From IMG/VR virus record IMGVR_UViG_3300012942_000071, positions 1 through 43,452 of that record: a DNA stretch of 43,452 nucleotides; one strand, 5' to 3'. Position numbers and translations under genes: made by a program. This document shows, one piece after another, positions 23,390 through 32,941 of the stretch (position 1 is its first letter; every line of letters starts with the position of its first letter). A model generated the notes under the pieces. The model was given only the letters and a program-made list of their open reading frames with translations, searched no databases and was not told where the DNA came from. This DNA is from a virus. Its lineage: Duplodnaviria > Caudoviricetes.

Positions 23390-25574
23390 TATAACGGACC
23401 TCCAACATCCATCTGTTTCCTACACCCTCACGATAGAGAATGCCGCGCTGTTCTAGCGCATTAACCATTTCATCGAACTCAAACGGTTTCTTGTTAGCAA
23501 AGGCACGATAAGCAACTGCGTAACTGATCTTGCCACCCTTGCTGTTGATAAAGTCTTCCAACTTATCAACATCACGCTGCCATTCAGACTCACTGATCAT
23601 GCTGGCAACCTTTACAGAGTTGTCAAACCATTCACCAGCATAGCTGATAGCCATGAGCATGTGACGCAACGTAATCCTTGGTGAGCGTTCATCCATCGCC
23701 AACAGTGCTGCCAGCTTTAGAGTGCTCAACGTCATACGCTCAGTTACAGAGTCGAGAATTTCTGCATAACCACTCTCTCGTGCCGCCTCGTTTGTAGCCT
23801 TGCGGAAGTCCTGGAAGCGCTTGATAGCTTGCTCGTCAATGTTAATCTTAACAAGCTTTTTATCTCCGCCGCGCATTTCCCAGTAGTTCCGGTTAACTGC
23901 AAGTCGCTTAGCCATAGAGTTGAAGACCTCATCAGTCTCTTCCTCTTCCTCGTCGTTAGCGAATTCGAACTCTGGCTCTTCGTAATCGTCTGGCCGTTCC
24001 GCAACAACATACAAGAATCGAGTTAGGAACCCTTGTTTGTAGTTACGGACGGTCAGAACCTCTGCGGTGTCTTCAAGAATACCAACCATGAAAAAGATAA
24101 AGCTGATCGGCACGGAGGGGGTTATTTTCTTGTCGCCGCTCGCTCGTGCTCGACCACCAGATTCTCCGTCATAGAGCTTGGTAAAGTAGCTGATACCACC
24201 GGCCATATAAGACTGATGAACCATTTCCTCGAAGAAACCCTGAACCTCATCGCGCATGATCGTAGACGGCTTGTTGGGCCTGTCTTGCAGAACGATGTTC
24301 AGACCACCCGGTGTGGCATCATCGGGCAGAAGATAGCTGAAATCGTCTGTCGTTAGTTGTCTCAGCATTCGCGCCGCATAACGCTGCGCCGTAGTCTTAC
24401 GGTCTTTGGTTGTGCGACCAAGAACGATCATCCAAATGTTAAGCTTAAGCTTACCGAACTTTGGTTGCACGTAACCGAACTCTGAGTAGATGTTAGACAG
24501 TACGATGATAGCTGCTGCACGATGGTACTCAATAGGTGCATCCGTTTTGGATGCTGCCCATGCTGTCCACTCATCAATGAAATTGACTTCTGTAACTAGC
24601 TCTTCGCGCTCTTCAATTGTTAGAAAGTCCTGAGTTTCTTTGATGAGCCTAACAGGCTTGTCAGGCTTATCCTCATCGTACTCATCCGTTTCGCCCGCTA
24701 CTACCGCTGCCTGTGCTCGCATGATTGCGGTGTCCCACAACCCTTTGAGGCCACGCGGATCACTGCCGTTGAACTTATTGGCCGGTGCTCCCCATGCGAT
24801 AGCTGCAACCTGCTTAGCATCCAAGCCAAGCTGGAACAACTCTACGCACAACTTGAAAAGCACTTCTGAGCGCTTTTCGTCGTGGAACTTACCGAACAGT
24901 AGCTCTCGCATTGAGAGGTTGTTAGGCAGGCCGTTGAGCAAGCTAGCGCGGTTCTCCTTGATAAAGTCCGCAAGATCATCCGGCATTGCAACTTCCGCAA
25001 CGTCTACCTGATCAGGAACCTCACTTGCCGGGTACAACTCATCAAGCTCTTCCATCGTGTAGCTAACGTCTTCAAAGTCCGAGACAATAACTACTGCTCC
25101 GGGATGCTTGTTGTTAGACGTGTTCGGCACGCGCAACAGCTTAGCTGCATTCACATAGGCCGTATCGCATCCTTGGTCCTTGTGAACCTGTGCGATACGG
25201 CGGTTGAGTGCTGCAACATCAGACGGCTTGTACGGCTTGTCTAGCTTCCAATAGACGTGCCAGTGACCATCGGAAGTCTGTACGGTGATGCTTGGCTGCA
25301 TTCGGAAATTGCCGGGGTCACATGAGTCGGCATCCGCACCAGCAATTTGTGTTTCCTTGGCTGTAGCCTTAGTTCTCTCTTTAGTCGTGTAGAGAATCGG
25401 GCTATACCAAACATCACCTGTCTTTTTGTTCTCAACCAGATCGACCATGCGATCAATCTCTTGTGGGTATTCAAACCAAACATCAGTGGCAGGCTTTCCC
25501 TGATAGTTCGGTAGGACGATTACCGCCCATCCGGTAGCTTCTCCGAATACCTCCCGAAAAAACAACTCGTCTAT
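23382..25574 (-). CDS. DNA primase (RepB/AEP-like) fused to P-loop DUF3987-like domain
   Basis: GADAD, QTSDGHWHVYW, LLRVPNTSNNK; GRTTKDRKTT and MRDE; start ATA 25574 or TTG 25565. Confidence 0.8.
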   Translation of the reverse strand: MDELFFREVFGEATGWAVIVLPNYQGKPATDVWFEYPQEIDRMVDLVENKKTGDVWYSPILYTTKERTKATAKETQIAGADADSCDPGNFRMQPSITVQTSDGHWHVYWKLDKPYKPSDVAALNRRIAQVHKDQGCDTAYVNAAKLLRVPNTSNNKHPGAVVIVSDFEDVSYTMEELDELYPASEVPDQVDVAEVAMPDDLADFIKENRASLLNGLPNNLSMRELLFGKFHDEKRSEVLFKLCVELFQLGLDAKQVAAIAWGAPANKFNGSDPRGLKGLWDTAIMRAQAAVVAGETDEYDEDKPDKPVRLIKETQDFLTIEEREELVTEVNFIDEWTAWAASKTDAPIEYHRAAAIIVLSNIYSEFGYVQPKFGKLKLNIWMIVLGRTTKDRKTTAQRYAARMLRQLTTDDFSYLLPDDATPGGLNIVLQDRPNKPSTIMRDEVQGFFEEMVHQSYMAGGISYFTKLYDGESGGRARASGDKKITPSVPISFIFFMVGILEDTAEVLTVRNYKQGFLTRFLYVVAERPDDYEEPEFEFANDEEEEETDEVFNSMAKRLAVNRNYWEMRGGDKKLVKINIDEQAIKRFQDFRKATNEAARESGYAEILDSVTERMTLSTLKLAALLAMDERSPRITLRHMLMAISYAGEWFDNSVKVASMISESEWQRDVDKLEDFINSKGGKISYAVAYRAFANKKPFEFDEMVNALEQRGILYREGVGNRWMLEVRYNE

Positions 25575-25607
25575 GATAGCCTCCGTGTCGTAGTGTTTTA
25601 AGTGTTG

Positions 25608-25682
25608 TGGCTAAGTTGGGATTCGAACCCAAAGCATCCAAGATTTTAAGTCCCGGTGGTCTACCAGTTGCCATACAAAGCC
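25608..25682 (-). tRNA. tRNA-Leu(TAA), short variable region, isolated from array
   Basis: CGGGA-CTTAAAA-TCTTG; T arm TTGGG-TTCGAAT-CCCAA; two acceptor mismatches. Confidence 0.8.
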
Positions 25683-25683
25683 G

Positions 25684-25712
25684 AAAATGCCCTAGAGTAA
25701 ACCCTAGGGCAT
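25684..25712 (-). terminator. Terminator between SSB and tRNA-Leu(TAA)
   Basis: ATGCCCTAGGG-TTTA-CTCTAGGGCAT then TTT. Confidence 0.75.
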
Positions 25713-25732
25713 CATGCGTGCGTTAGCTGATC

Positions 25733-26221
25733 TTAAAGCTCGTCCCAGCCAACCTGTTCCTTTGGCTTGGAATCGGAAGCCTTAAGCTTCTGGTAACCAG
25801 TCACACGGTTGTTAACGTATGGCTGCCCGGTTGTCGGGTTGACTTTCTGGCTGTTAACCTGTCCGATACGCGCAACGAACTCGGTTCCGAGAACATCACG
25901 CAGATCGTCGGGAAGTTCAACACCCTTGTCCTTGCTTGTACGCCAACCTACAGCCTCAGCAAACGCCACGAGAGCCCAAGCACCCTTAGCGTTAGGGTCC
26001 AGAGTGATGTAGTTGTAGCGAATCTCGCGGCCCTTATAAGGACCGTCCTCTGTCACCTTGGCCGTGAACACGAACTGCGGCGTTCCCGGCTTCTGCGAGT
26101 TGGGTCCGGTCACGCCCTCTTCAATATCGAAGACGGCAACCTTGATCTTTGTACCGGTAGGGATAGGTTCGAATTCACCATCACCGAATGCGTCCGGGTT
26201 TACCTGAATAACTCTACCCAT
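25733..26221 (-). CDS. DUF669-like ssDNA-binding protein
   Basis: FEPIPTG...YKGREI...NNRVTGY pattern; acidic/aromatic end; next to AAA ATPase. Confidence 0.7.
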   Translation of the reverse strand: MGRVIQVNPDAFGDGEFEPIPTGTKIKVAVFDIEEGVTGPNSQKPGTPQFVFTAKVTEDGPYKGREIRYNYITLDPNAKGAWALVAFAEAVGWRTSKDKGVELPDDLRDVLGTEFVARIGQVNSQKVNPTTGQPYVNNRVTGYQKLKASDSKPKEQVGWDEL

Positions 26222-26225
26222 TTAT

Positions 26226-26489
26226 TTAGTCCTCCTTTGTAACCAACAGCGCTGCTGTCTGCTTTTCGATCTTCTCCGCCTCAGCCAAAAGCGCCTTGGC
26301 AAGCTTACGAACACGCTTTGCACTGAGTGAAACGAAACCATCATTCGGTACATAAAGGTAAATGCTGCCCTTATGCAACTTGGGCGTAGTAGGGACTTTC
26401 TTGCCGTCTTTCCACGTACTGCTACTGACCCATGCGTCAATGCGTTCCACGGAAAGCTTGTCCTTGATGGTTAAAATTTTCTTGCTCAT
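26226..26489 (-). CDS. Hypothetical protein
   Basis: TAATG coupling. Confidence 0.7.
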   Translation of the reverse strand: MSKKILTIKDKLSVERIDAWVSSSTWKDGKKVPTTPKLHKGSIYLYVPNDGFVSLSAKRVRKLAKALLAEAEKIEKQTAALLVTKED

Positions 26490-27232
26490 TACTGCTCTTT
26501 CTCCAATCGTGCTGAGATAATCTCGCGCTGAATATCAGCGATGGTTGGTCCCTCGTTATCACCACTCGGGTAGATTGTGTCCGGGATGCCGAACCGGTTC
26601 TTAGTAATGATACTAGAAGATCGGCCCACGCGCAAGACCCTGATCGGGTTTCCCTCGTCGTCAGGTACAAACTCTAGGTAACCAATCAGGTCGGGCACGG
26701 CAGGAACATCGGTACGAGCGCTACCGGCGATCTTAACGGTGGTCACCATCTTGCCGGTGTTGTCGTCCTTGTCGGTCTGCGAGTGCGCAATAAAGATCGC
26801 AAGGAATGGCGCGTGATGCATTTCACGCACGAATTCGATGCTCCACTCTTTCAAGTCAGACCAAACACCGAACTTGTTGTTAGCGTTTTCCGGCTTAGCC
26901 TTGAAGAACTTCTCAGCACGGTTCTGCGCAACGTTGTACGTGTCGAAGATCACCGTCCTATACGGGTGCTCTTCATGCAGAAGCTCCTTGCGGATAACCT
27001 CTAGCTTAGCATGTGAGTCGGCACTAACAATGTCAACGTCAGGATACATACGACCAACACCCGCCGCTGATCCCTCAATGTCAACAATCAGAACAGGGGA
27101 ATAGTCCTCAATGTCGTCAGCGCTTGCCGCAAGCCAGGTCTTACCTGTTCCGTACTCACCGAAGATAATCATTGAGTTAATCTTATCCACGGTTGTCGCT
27201 TTCTTAATGCTCTTTTCAAAGCTCAACGCCAT
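26489..27232 (-). CDS. AAA_24 / Sak4-like P-loop ATPase
   Basis: GEYGTGKT, VDIEGS, TVIFDT, FIAH, KNRFG. Confidence 0.85.
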   Translation of the reverse strand: MALSFEKSIKKATTVDKINSMIIFGEYGTGKTWLAASADDIEDYSPVLIVDIEGSAAGVGRMYPDVDIVSADSHAKLEVIRKELLHEEHPYRTVIFDTYNVAQNRAEKFFKAKPENANNKFGVWSDLKEWSIEFVREMHHAPFLAIFIAHSQTDKDDNTGKMVTTVKIAGSARTDVPAVPDLIGYLEFVPDDEGNPIRVLRVGRSSSIITKNRFGIPDTIYPSGDNEGPTIADIQREIISARLEKEQ

Positions 27233-27414
27233 TTATAAACCATCCTATCCCAAATCCATGTTGCTATAAAGTACATTGCAATGCCCCACACAAAAGAGAG
27301 CGGCACCGTGAGTGCGATTGCCAAGCTACCGAGAATTACTACTCCGATAGCATCAATAACAAGCAATCCAAACACCCACAGTGCCACAATGGTGACGACT
27401 GCCAGCGCTTTCAC
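27223..27414 (-). CDS. Small membrane protein
   Basis: Two TM segments; GTGA overlap. Confidence 0.65.
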   Translation of the reverse strand: MKALAVVTIVALWVFGLLVIDAIGVVILGSLAIALTVPLSFVWGIAMYFIATWIWDRMVYKWR

Positions 27415-27770
27415 CTAAGCTTAACCTCAATTCTGTTGTCGTAGGTCTTAACTACCTGAGCGTACTCTTCCGGTGTAAGGTACTTGCGCGCCTTTACGGG
27501 ATCAACACTCATCTTAGTAACTGCCCTGTATCGGTTAGTCGGCAGGTTCCTCTTAGCCAATGCGTCGTCAACACGAGTGTTGCTCGTCACGATAAGCTCA
27601 AACTTACCCACCTGCTTTTTGGTACCGGCAGGGTACAGCTTGTCACGTTGCTTGAAGAAAGCCTTAAGAGTTTCTTTCTTCTCAGTCAACTCCTTAATCT
27701 GCATGTCAAGGCGAACAATCGCCTCCATGACTTCCTCTTCCTCGCTGACGGACAGAACTTCATCAGCCAT
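27411..27770 (-). CDS. Hypothetical protein with N-terminal coiled coil
   Basis: AGGAGG RBS. Confidence 0.8.
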   Translation of the reverse strand: MADEVLSVSEEEEVMEAIVRLDMQIKELTEKKETLKAFFKQRDKLYPAGTKKQVGKFELIVTSNTRVDDALAKRNLPTNRYRAVTKMSVDPVKARKYLTPEEYAQVVKTYDNRIEVKLR

Positions 27771-27783
27771 AATTAACCTCCTA

Positions 27784-28002
27784 CTATTTTAGTGTTTTTA
27801 GGTATTCAATGGCTGCTAATCCTGCAAACAGCAAGAACGCCGCCACCATACTACCAACAAATACTGCGAACAGCGCTATAAACCATTCTCCGCGAACCAT
27901 ATGAATGCCTGCTGCAATAGCTGTCAGATATAGTGCTAGCGCCATAAGCAGAAAAATAGCGACAATCAATACAATTATCGCTATTCTGCCAAGGTATTTC
28001 AT
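27784..28002 (-). CDS. Small membrane protein
   Basis: Two TM segments. Confidence 0.65.
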   Translation of the reverse strand: MKYLGRIAIIVLIVAIFLLMALALYLTAIAAGIHMVRGEWFIALFAVFVGSMVAAFLLFAGLAAIEYLKTLK

Positions 28003-28003
28003 T

Positions 28004-28249
28004 TCAATTAAGCCTCTTTAGCTCCTGTAATTGTTCATCTGTATGCGTACAATGCATGACGGCCAACATCAACTCTTCGGTTTCTACTGTGTACCATAGG
28101 AAACCAATCTTCATACCGATGGTGCTGCCGTCTGCTCTACTGCGGGACATGATGATTTCTCCACCACTGGTTGAAACCTTCTCTCCCGCATAGTATCGGT
28201 GCGGCTTGATTACAGCCCACCGCTTTTTACCCGAGAATACCTTAAGCAT
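28004..28249 (-). CDS. Hypothetical protein
   Basis: GGTGG RBS, tight packing. Confidence 0.65.
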   Translation of the reverse strand: MLKVFSGKKRWAVIKPHRYYAGEKVSTSGGEIIMSRSRADGSTIGMKIGFLWYTVETEELMLAVMHCTHTDEQLQELKRLN

Positions 28250-28250
28250 A

Positions 28251-28949
28251 TCACCACCTGTTCAACACAACGTTGCATACATAGCAGTTCTCAGCAGATT
28301 TTAAGGTTTCTATGTCTCCGCCAGAACTGATGAACTTCCAAATTTTGTTAAGTCTTCGCCATGCCTTGATCGCGATCTTCTCGTCGTAGTCAAAGCTGTG
28401 AACCCACAGGTCGTCGTCCTGTAGCCCGTCGCGTGGCACGAACGATAGTGAGATACGTTCGATGGGAATGTCGATCTTGTGCAAACCCCAAGCATACAGG
28501 TTCTGCTGCACAACGTACTGGTAGGGTACACCGTCCAGCTTGTAGTGCTTGATCTTCTCTTTAGTGCTCGTCTTGTGGTCTACTAGATGATTGTACTTGA
28601 CCAGCACGAGGTCGGGCTTGCTCTTGATAACGCCGTAACCTTTGACCTCACCAAGCACAATCTTCTGCTCAACACGAGCGCCCTCCAAAGCCTCAAAGTG
28701 ATACGACTTTGGCTTATCAAGGTGCTTCTCTTCCTCTTTTTCAAGAGTCTCGTGAATAGCAGTACCGATTCTAGCGCCTAACCAGTATCGACTCTTGAAC
28801 TTCGGTTGTGGCGTTAGCCTCCGCGCCAGACAGTAATCACAGGTGTTGCCTATCTCACTGGCACCGATCAAGGATTGCTCATCACGCTCACTGGGGGTGT
28901 GAAGCAAGTCCAGGATCAGTTGCTTTATGTGAAAGTCTTCTAACGGCAT
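28251..28949 (-). CDS. PD-(D/E)XK Cas4-like exonuclease
   Basis: GASEIG.C..C, GTAIH, KPDL...VDHKT, QQNLYA, CYVC. Confidence 0.85.
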   Translation of the reverse strand: MPLEDFHIKQLILDLLHTPSERDEQSLIGASEIGNTCDYCLARRLTPQPKFKSRYWLGARIGTAIHETLEKEEEKHLDKPKSYHFEALEGARVEQKIVLGEVKGYGVIKSKPDLVLVKYNHLVDHKTSTKEKIKHYKLDGVPYQYVVQQNLYAWGLHKIDIPIERISLSFVPRDGLQDDDLWVHSFDYDEKIAIKAWRRLNKIWKFISSGGDIETLKSAENCYVCNVVLNRW

Positions 28950-29257
28950 TAATAGTATCCCTTGAATCGCTTTGGGATACCGCGATCTACTGGTCGCGTC
29001 TTCCCCCAAATACCATACGGCTCTTGTGCAAGCATAGCATAAAGAGCGCACTGATTTTTAACATGACACTCCGTGCCGTCCTCGTTGGTGCACATAGATT
29101 CAGCCGTTGACTTGCTTACGCCGCGAGAAGTCCATGATCCCATATAAAGCTCAGCAACGTCAGGATCGTTAGGGTTCCAGCACGGCTCAGTTTCGTTAAG
29201 TTTATCTTGTAGGTCTTTAAGCGCCTGTGCTACCGCTTCATCATTATCATCACTCAT
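28949..29257 (-). CDS. whiB: WhiB-family transcription factor
   Basis: Four Cys (C...AESMC...CHVKNQC) and YGIWG turn. Confidence 0.75.
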   Translation of the reverse strand: MSDDNDEAVAQALKDLQDKLNETEPCWNPNDPDVAELYMGSWTSRGVSKSTAESMCTNEDGTECHVKNQCALYAMLAQEPYGIWGKTRPVDRGIPKRFKGYY

Positions 29258-29513
29258 CTGTATCACCCAATATCCTAAGCACTTCGCTCGAATCGATAGC
29301 CATTAGCTGCGGACCGTCAGGATCATCGACCATGATAGCAGGCCATTGGTTATCCTTGATGAACGCGATAGCCTCCATTACACGATTGTATGCGCTTTCC
29401 TTAGCCCTATCGACAAGAAAGGCGGTCGGAGATACATCAACCCCGGCCACCTTTTTCTCGGCTACCCAGCGATTGTAGTCGCTGAGTAGCTGTTCATCAC
29501 TTTCAAACGCCAC
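29250..29513 (-). CDS. Hypothetical protein
   Basis: AAGGAG RBS then GTG; overlaps both neighbours. Confidence 0.65.
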   Translation of the reverse strand: MAFESDEQLLSDYNRWVAEKKVAGVDVSPTAFLVDRAKESAYNRVMEAIAFIKDNQWPAIMVDDPDGPQLMAIDSSEVLRILGDTDE

Positions 29514-29766
29514 GGCTGACAGACTCCTTAAGAACCTTGTAACGCTTATACGAACGCCGTGCCAACCAAATTTCAAGCGCGCCCAGCGCGGCTGTAGCTA
29601 CACCAGGCAGATTAACTGTGTCAATACGTACAAAATCATACGAAACTTCTAATGCACCAATTACGATCAAGGCTGTACCTAGGACAGCGTAGATAATCGA
29701 GAAGACAAGCTCAGTTGTCTTCTCCATCTTGATATGACTAGTTCGAACCGTGGAATAGCCTGCCAT
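29503..29766 (-). CDS. Small membrane protein
   Basis: Two TM segments, basic tail. Confidence 0.65.
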   Translation of the reverse strand: MAGYSTVRTSHIKMEKTTELVFSIIYAVLGTALIVIGALEVSYDFVRIDTVNLPGVATAALGALEIWLARRSYKRYKVLKESVSRGV

Positions 29767-29769
29767 AAA

Positions 29770-31131
29770 TTAACCCTCTTTCTTAAGTGAAGCATTAATC
29801 TTCAACTGTGTTTGAATCAGCGTTGATAGCACGCCGCTATCGTATGTATCCCTAGCTACGATATCAATACTCACAACCTGCTTGTTCTGCCCTCGTCGGT
29901 ACAGCCGCCTAAACGCCTGCTGATTGAGCATGTTGTTATCGCTACGACTCAGCCAGATCATCAGTCGGGCGCGGTGCTGTAGACCGTCGATACCCTCTCC
30001 GATGCTTGGAATCGTCGCAACTATGTAGTCGATATCTCCGTTAACGAACGCATCCTTAACTGCGTGACGCTCCTTTTCAGGAACCTCTCCGGTCCAGGGC
30101 AGCGCTTTGTATCCGTCACGGATGAGTTGCCATGCCACTACATTAGCGTATTTTGCGCTGTCTGTCAAGATCAACGCGGGCTCATTGTGGTCCCCCAGGA
30201 TTTCCTTAAGCGTGTTGTACTTGGATGAAACCATGTCCTTGTCAAAGTACACATTCTCATTCTCGTCCACCGTCACCATACCAAGCGTCATTTGACGTAG
30301 CCTGATACGTTTCGTGATCGGGAACTTAGCAACAAGCGGGTTCTCTTTCAGCCACACGATCATGGTCTTCTCGAACGCATCATAGATTCTACGCTCTGCC
30401 GGTGACAGATCAATCTCGTACTGAACCTCGATAGGCTCACCAAAGTCCTTTTCAAGCTGAATATAGCACGGCAGATTGTTAACATAGTGACCTGCCGGTG
30501 CTTTCTCGCCAGTAATGACGGTGCCAGAAAAGAAGTCCTGTTCAACTTCACAGTGTTCGCCTACGAAAGTCCAGAACGAGTCGTGACCCTCATACTTAGG
30601 CCAAAGCCAGTGTGTGATGGTGTACAAGCCTGAAAACTTATTGCCTGCCGGTGTAGCTGACAGCGCCATTTTGTACTTCGGCTTGAACTTTTTCATCACA
30701 TTGCGCCAGCCCTGCGATTTGTAGTTGCTCCATTTCTGGCACTCGTCATATGCCGCAAAATCTATTAGGTGCGATTTCGGGAGGATTTGCTCACGTACAG
30801 ACTTCGTGGCGAAATACTCCCGACCAATGATATACCAACCTGCAACACCTGAAACCAGATCAGCGAGCGCAAGTTTACCGCTCTTGGAAGAGTTAATGAA
30901 ACGTACTTCTGACTCTGGATACTGCGAGAGGATAGTACCTTTCCAACTGTACTTCGTTCCAAGCGGCGCGATAATGAGTTGAATACTACCACCAAGACGC
31001 GCCGCCACTTCGACTGTAACGACTGTTTTACCTGTGCCATACTGGGAAGCGTTGAGCGCTGCCCTGGTTGGCTCATTGACCATTCTTTCAACTGCTGCCT
31101 CCTGTTCTGCATCAAGCTTTATTCTTGGCAT
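29770..31131 (-). CDS. SF2 (SNF2-like) DNA helicase
   Basis: GTGKT, YDECQ, LSATP, GEGIDGLQ, QAFRRLYRRGQ. Confidence 0.9.
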   Translation of the reverse strand: MPRIKLDAEQEAAVERMVNEPTRAALNASQYGTGKTVVTVEVAARLGGSIQLIIAPLGTKYSWKGTILSQYPESEVRFINSSKSGKLALADLVSGVAGWYIIGREYFATKSVREQILPKSHLIDFAAYDECQKWSNYKSQGWRNVMKKFKPKYKMALSATPAGNKFSGLYTITHWLWPKYEGHDSFWTFVGEHCEVEQDFFSGTVITGEKAPAGHYVNNLPCYIQLEKDFGEPIEVQYEIDLSPAERRIYDAFEKTMIVWLKENPLVAKFPITKRIRLRQMTLGMVTVDENENVYFDKDMVSSKYNTLKEILGDHNEPALILTDSAKYANVVAWQLIRDGYKALPWTGEVPEKERHAVKDAFVNGDIDYIVATIPSIGEGIDGLQHRARLMIWLSRSDNNMLNQQAFRRLYRRGQNKQVVSIDIVARDTYDSGVLSTLIQTQLKINASLKKEG

Positions 31132-31423
31132 TTCGCTTCCTCACTATAGTGTAATCGTCAAGCGCTTCGTTTCCTCGTGTTACTAGTTCTATTAGCCTTA
31201 GCTCCTGTTCGCGACGCTGCGCTAATGAGGCTGCTGTTCTTCGTTCTCTCCACGCCTTTGCCTGACGATCTAGTTTGCACTGTCTGCATCTTGGCCTCAA
31301 CCTCTCCGGGTTGTGCAATCGTTCCCATCGGGTGTTCTCCGGTGTGTACGGGTGTCCGTTCCGGCATTTCTCTGGTCGTCCGTCCGTTACCTTCCATCGG
31401 TGATTGTACTCCGGTGCGCTCAA
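31112..31423 (-). CDS. Zn-binding basic protein (domain usually found C-terminal to actinophage HNH nucleases)
   Basis: CRNGHPYTPENT...RCRQC; no HNH core. Confidence 0.65.
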   Translation of the reverse strand: MSAPEYNHRWKVTDGRPEKCRNGHPYTPENTRWERLHNPERLRPRCRQCKLDRQAKAWRERRTAASLAQRREQELRLIELVTRGNEALDDYTIVRKRNAKNKA

Positions 31424-31538
31424 TTGTGTCTCCTAGTGCTTCATGCAATCTTGTTATGCTATCAGCTTGTTTATCCGTTTCTACTTCATAGGTGTAATAC
31501 CGGTGTCCAGTTTTACCTACGGGTGTTACTGTAATCAC
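31158..31538 (-). CDS. Hypothetical protein (long overlap with next gene)
   Basis: Coupled start at 31538; only first ~38 codons are non-overlapping. Confidence 0.4.
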   Translation of the reverse strand: MITVTPVGKTGHRYYTYEVETDKQADSITRLHEALGDTIERTGVQSPMEGNGRTTREMPERTPVHTGEHPMGTIAQPGEVEAKMQTVQTRSSGKGVERTKNSSLISAASRTGAKANRTSNTRKRSA

Positions 31539-31780
31539 TTACGTTCTCGAATGATTTTAGCGATACGCTCGGCGGTCTTTGCACGTTCAGAATCCCAGGC
31601 AATAGCAGTGCTCGCAACGCTATCTGCAACCCGTGCGTCGATTTCAATTTGTTCTTTCTGAGCATCAGTACGATACTTAATAAGAGCCCTGTTGAATACG
31701 GCTCCACCTTTAGCAGGATCGTTGCCGTTACGTTCCCACGATTCTAAGAACGCTGCCCTAATTTCAGGAATGTCAGTCAT
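31535..31780 (-). CDS. Hypothetical protein
   Basis: Coupled overlaps. Confidence 0.65.
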   Translation of the reverse strand: MTDIPEIRAAFLESWERNGNDPAKGGAVFNRALIKYRTDAQKEQIEIDARVADSVASTAIAWDSERAKTAERIAKIIRERK

Positions 31781-31967
31781 GATTCCCCGCCTCTCGAATT
31801 GCTTCCGCTGCGATAACTGCGGCGTACTGACTCACATGATCAGCAAGCACCTCATCTACCACGCCCGCATCAAGCTCGCGTTGTTCGCCGCGTGCCCGAA
31901 GTTTGTCTCGTAGTTGACGCGCCGATTCGCGAGCTTCACTGCTGTATTTGTTACTGCTGCTCGTCAT
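31773..31967 (-). CDS. Hypothetical protein
   Basis: Coupled overlaps. Confidence 0.55.
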   Translation of the reverse strand: MTSSSNKYSSEARESARQLRDKLRARGEQRELDAGVVDEVLADHVSQYAAVIAAEAIREAGNHD

Positions 31968-32169
31968 CGGGCAACCTTTCCCAGTCGGTCACGAGTCGAG
32001 TCTCGATCCGAAGATTCGGCTTCGACTTCATCGATGGCACGCGGTCACGAGCGGCCTGAGCCGTCACGAGGGAGTAGAACTCGCTCCCAAGGCTCATCAC
32101 GTGTGGTCTGCCGCTCATCGACGGCTCGCCGTCCCAGGCGAGACGGTAAACTCGGCGCTGTGCACCCAT
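31951..32169 (-). CDS. Hypothetical protein
   Basis: TGATG coupling at 32169. Confidence 0.6.
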   Translation of the reverse strand: MGAQRRVYRLAWDGEPSMSGRPHVMSLGSEFYSLVTAQAARDRVPSMKSKPNLRIETRLVTDWERLPDDEQQ

Positions 32170-32585
32170 CACGTGCCGCCTTCCAGCGCATCGGTCAGGG
32201 CCTCCACAGTTGGACACGGGTAGATAACCGCCCGTCCCCGTGAACATTCGCCACATGTTCCCGCATCGTCCCAGTGCAGCGCGAGCACGTTCTGCACAGC
32301 GGACAGCAGGGCAGGCATCGCGGAACGCGCCATAGCGATGAACGCGGCATCCGACTCGAAGCGACGAGCCAAACCTCCCCACGCGATCACGTCCCCGATT
32401 AAAGGTGGTGACATTGTGGCAACCGGAAGGCGTTCAGGCCCCGCCGTGACAACGGACGAGTTAACGAAGTCGCCATCACCGTCGCCGTAGAAGTGATACG
32501 CCGGACCATCCACCTGCCACGGTCCTCTGGTTGCGGCGTCCGTCTTGGCCTGCATTCCGGCCAGGGTTTCGTTCAGGTCACTCAT
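32169..32585 (-). CDS. Ead/Ea22-like protein
   Basis: AATRGPW...DAAFIAMAR...PALL, then CGEC...YPCPT. Confidence 0.65.
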   Translation of the reverse strand: MSDLNETLAGMQAKTDAATRGPWQVDGPAYHFYGDGDGDFVNSSVVTAGPERLPVATMSPPLIGDVIAWGGLARRFESDAAFIAMARSAMPALLSAVQNVLALHWDDAGTCGECSRGRAVIYPCPTVEALTDALEGGT

Positions 32586-32892
32586 CTTTTATCGTACTCC
32601 AATCTGATTTGAACACATGACGTTCTTCTATCCAAACATCGTTAATGCTGCTTATCCGCTTTAAAACGGCTACTCTAACTTGCGCAGCCGCTAGTTCTTT
32701 AAATTCGCCGCTAAGAAAATACTCAGCATCCGTGTCGTCGTCTGTAAACCAAACTTGATACTCAATAGTGTGTTCAAGGGTAGGCTCTGCGTTTGTAATT
32801 TCTTGGTTACTGATACTTGACATTGTTGCGCCAAGTTTATTAAGTTCTTTCTGTAACTTATTAATAGCCTCTGTCGTTTTTAGCCAATCCAT
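32578..32892 (-). CDS. Hypothetical protein
   Basis: GGAG RBS. Confidence 0.65.
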   Translation of the reverse strand: MDWLKTTEAINKLQKELNKLGATMSSISNQEITNAEPTLEHTIEYQVWFTDDDTDAEYFLSGEFKELAAAQVRVAVLKRISSINDVWIEERHVFKSDWSTIKDE

Positions 32893-32941
32893 TTTCAAAT
32901 CTCCAAAAAATTTCCGGCGTAATTTTCACACGCGGGCCATA

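Noticed and set aside
31158-31538. Dual-coding overlap of 266 nt as a novel overprinted gene
   Set aside because: The overlapping part looks like non-specific read-through; more likely a short gene that lost its stop.
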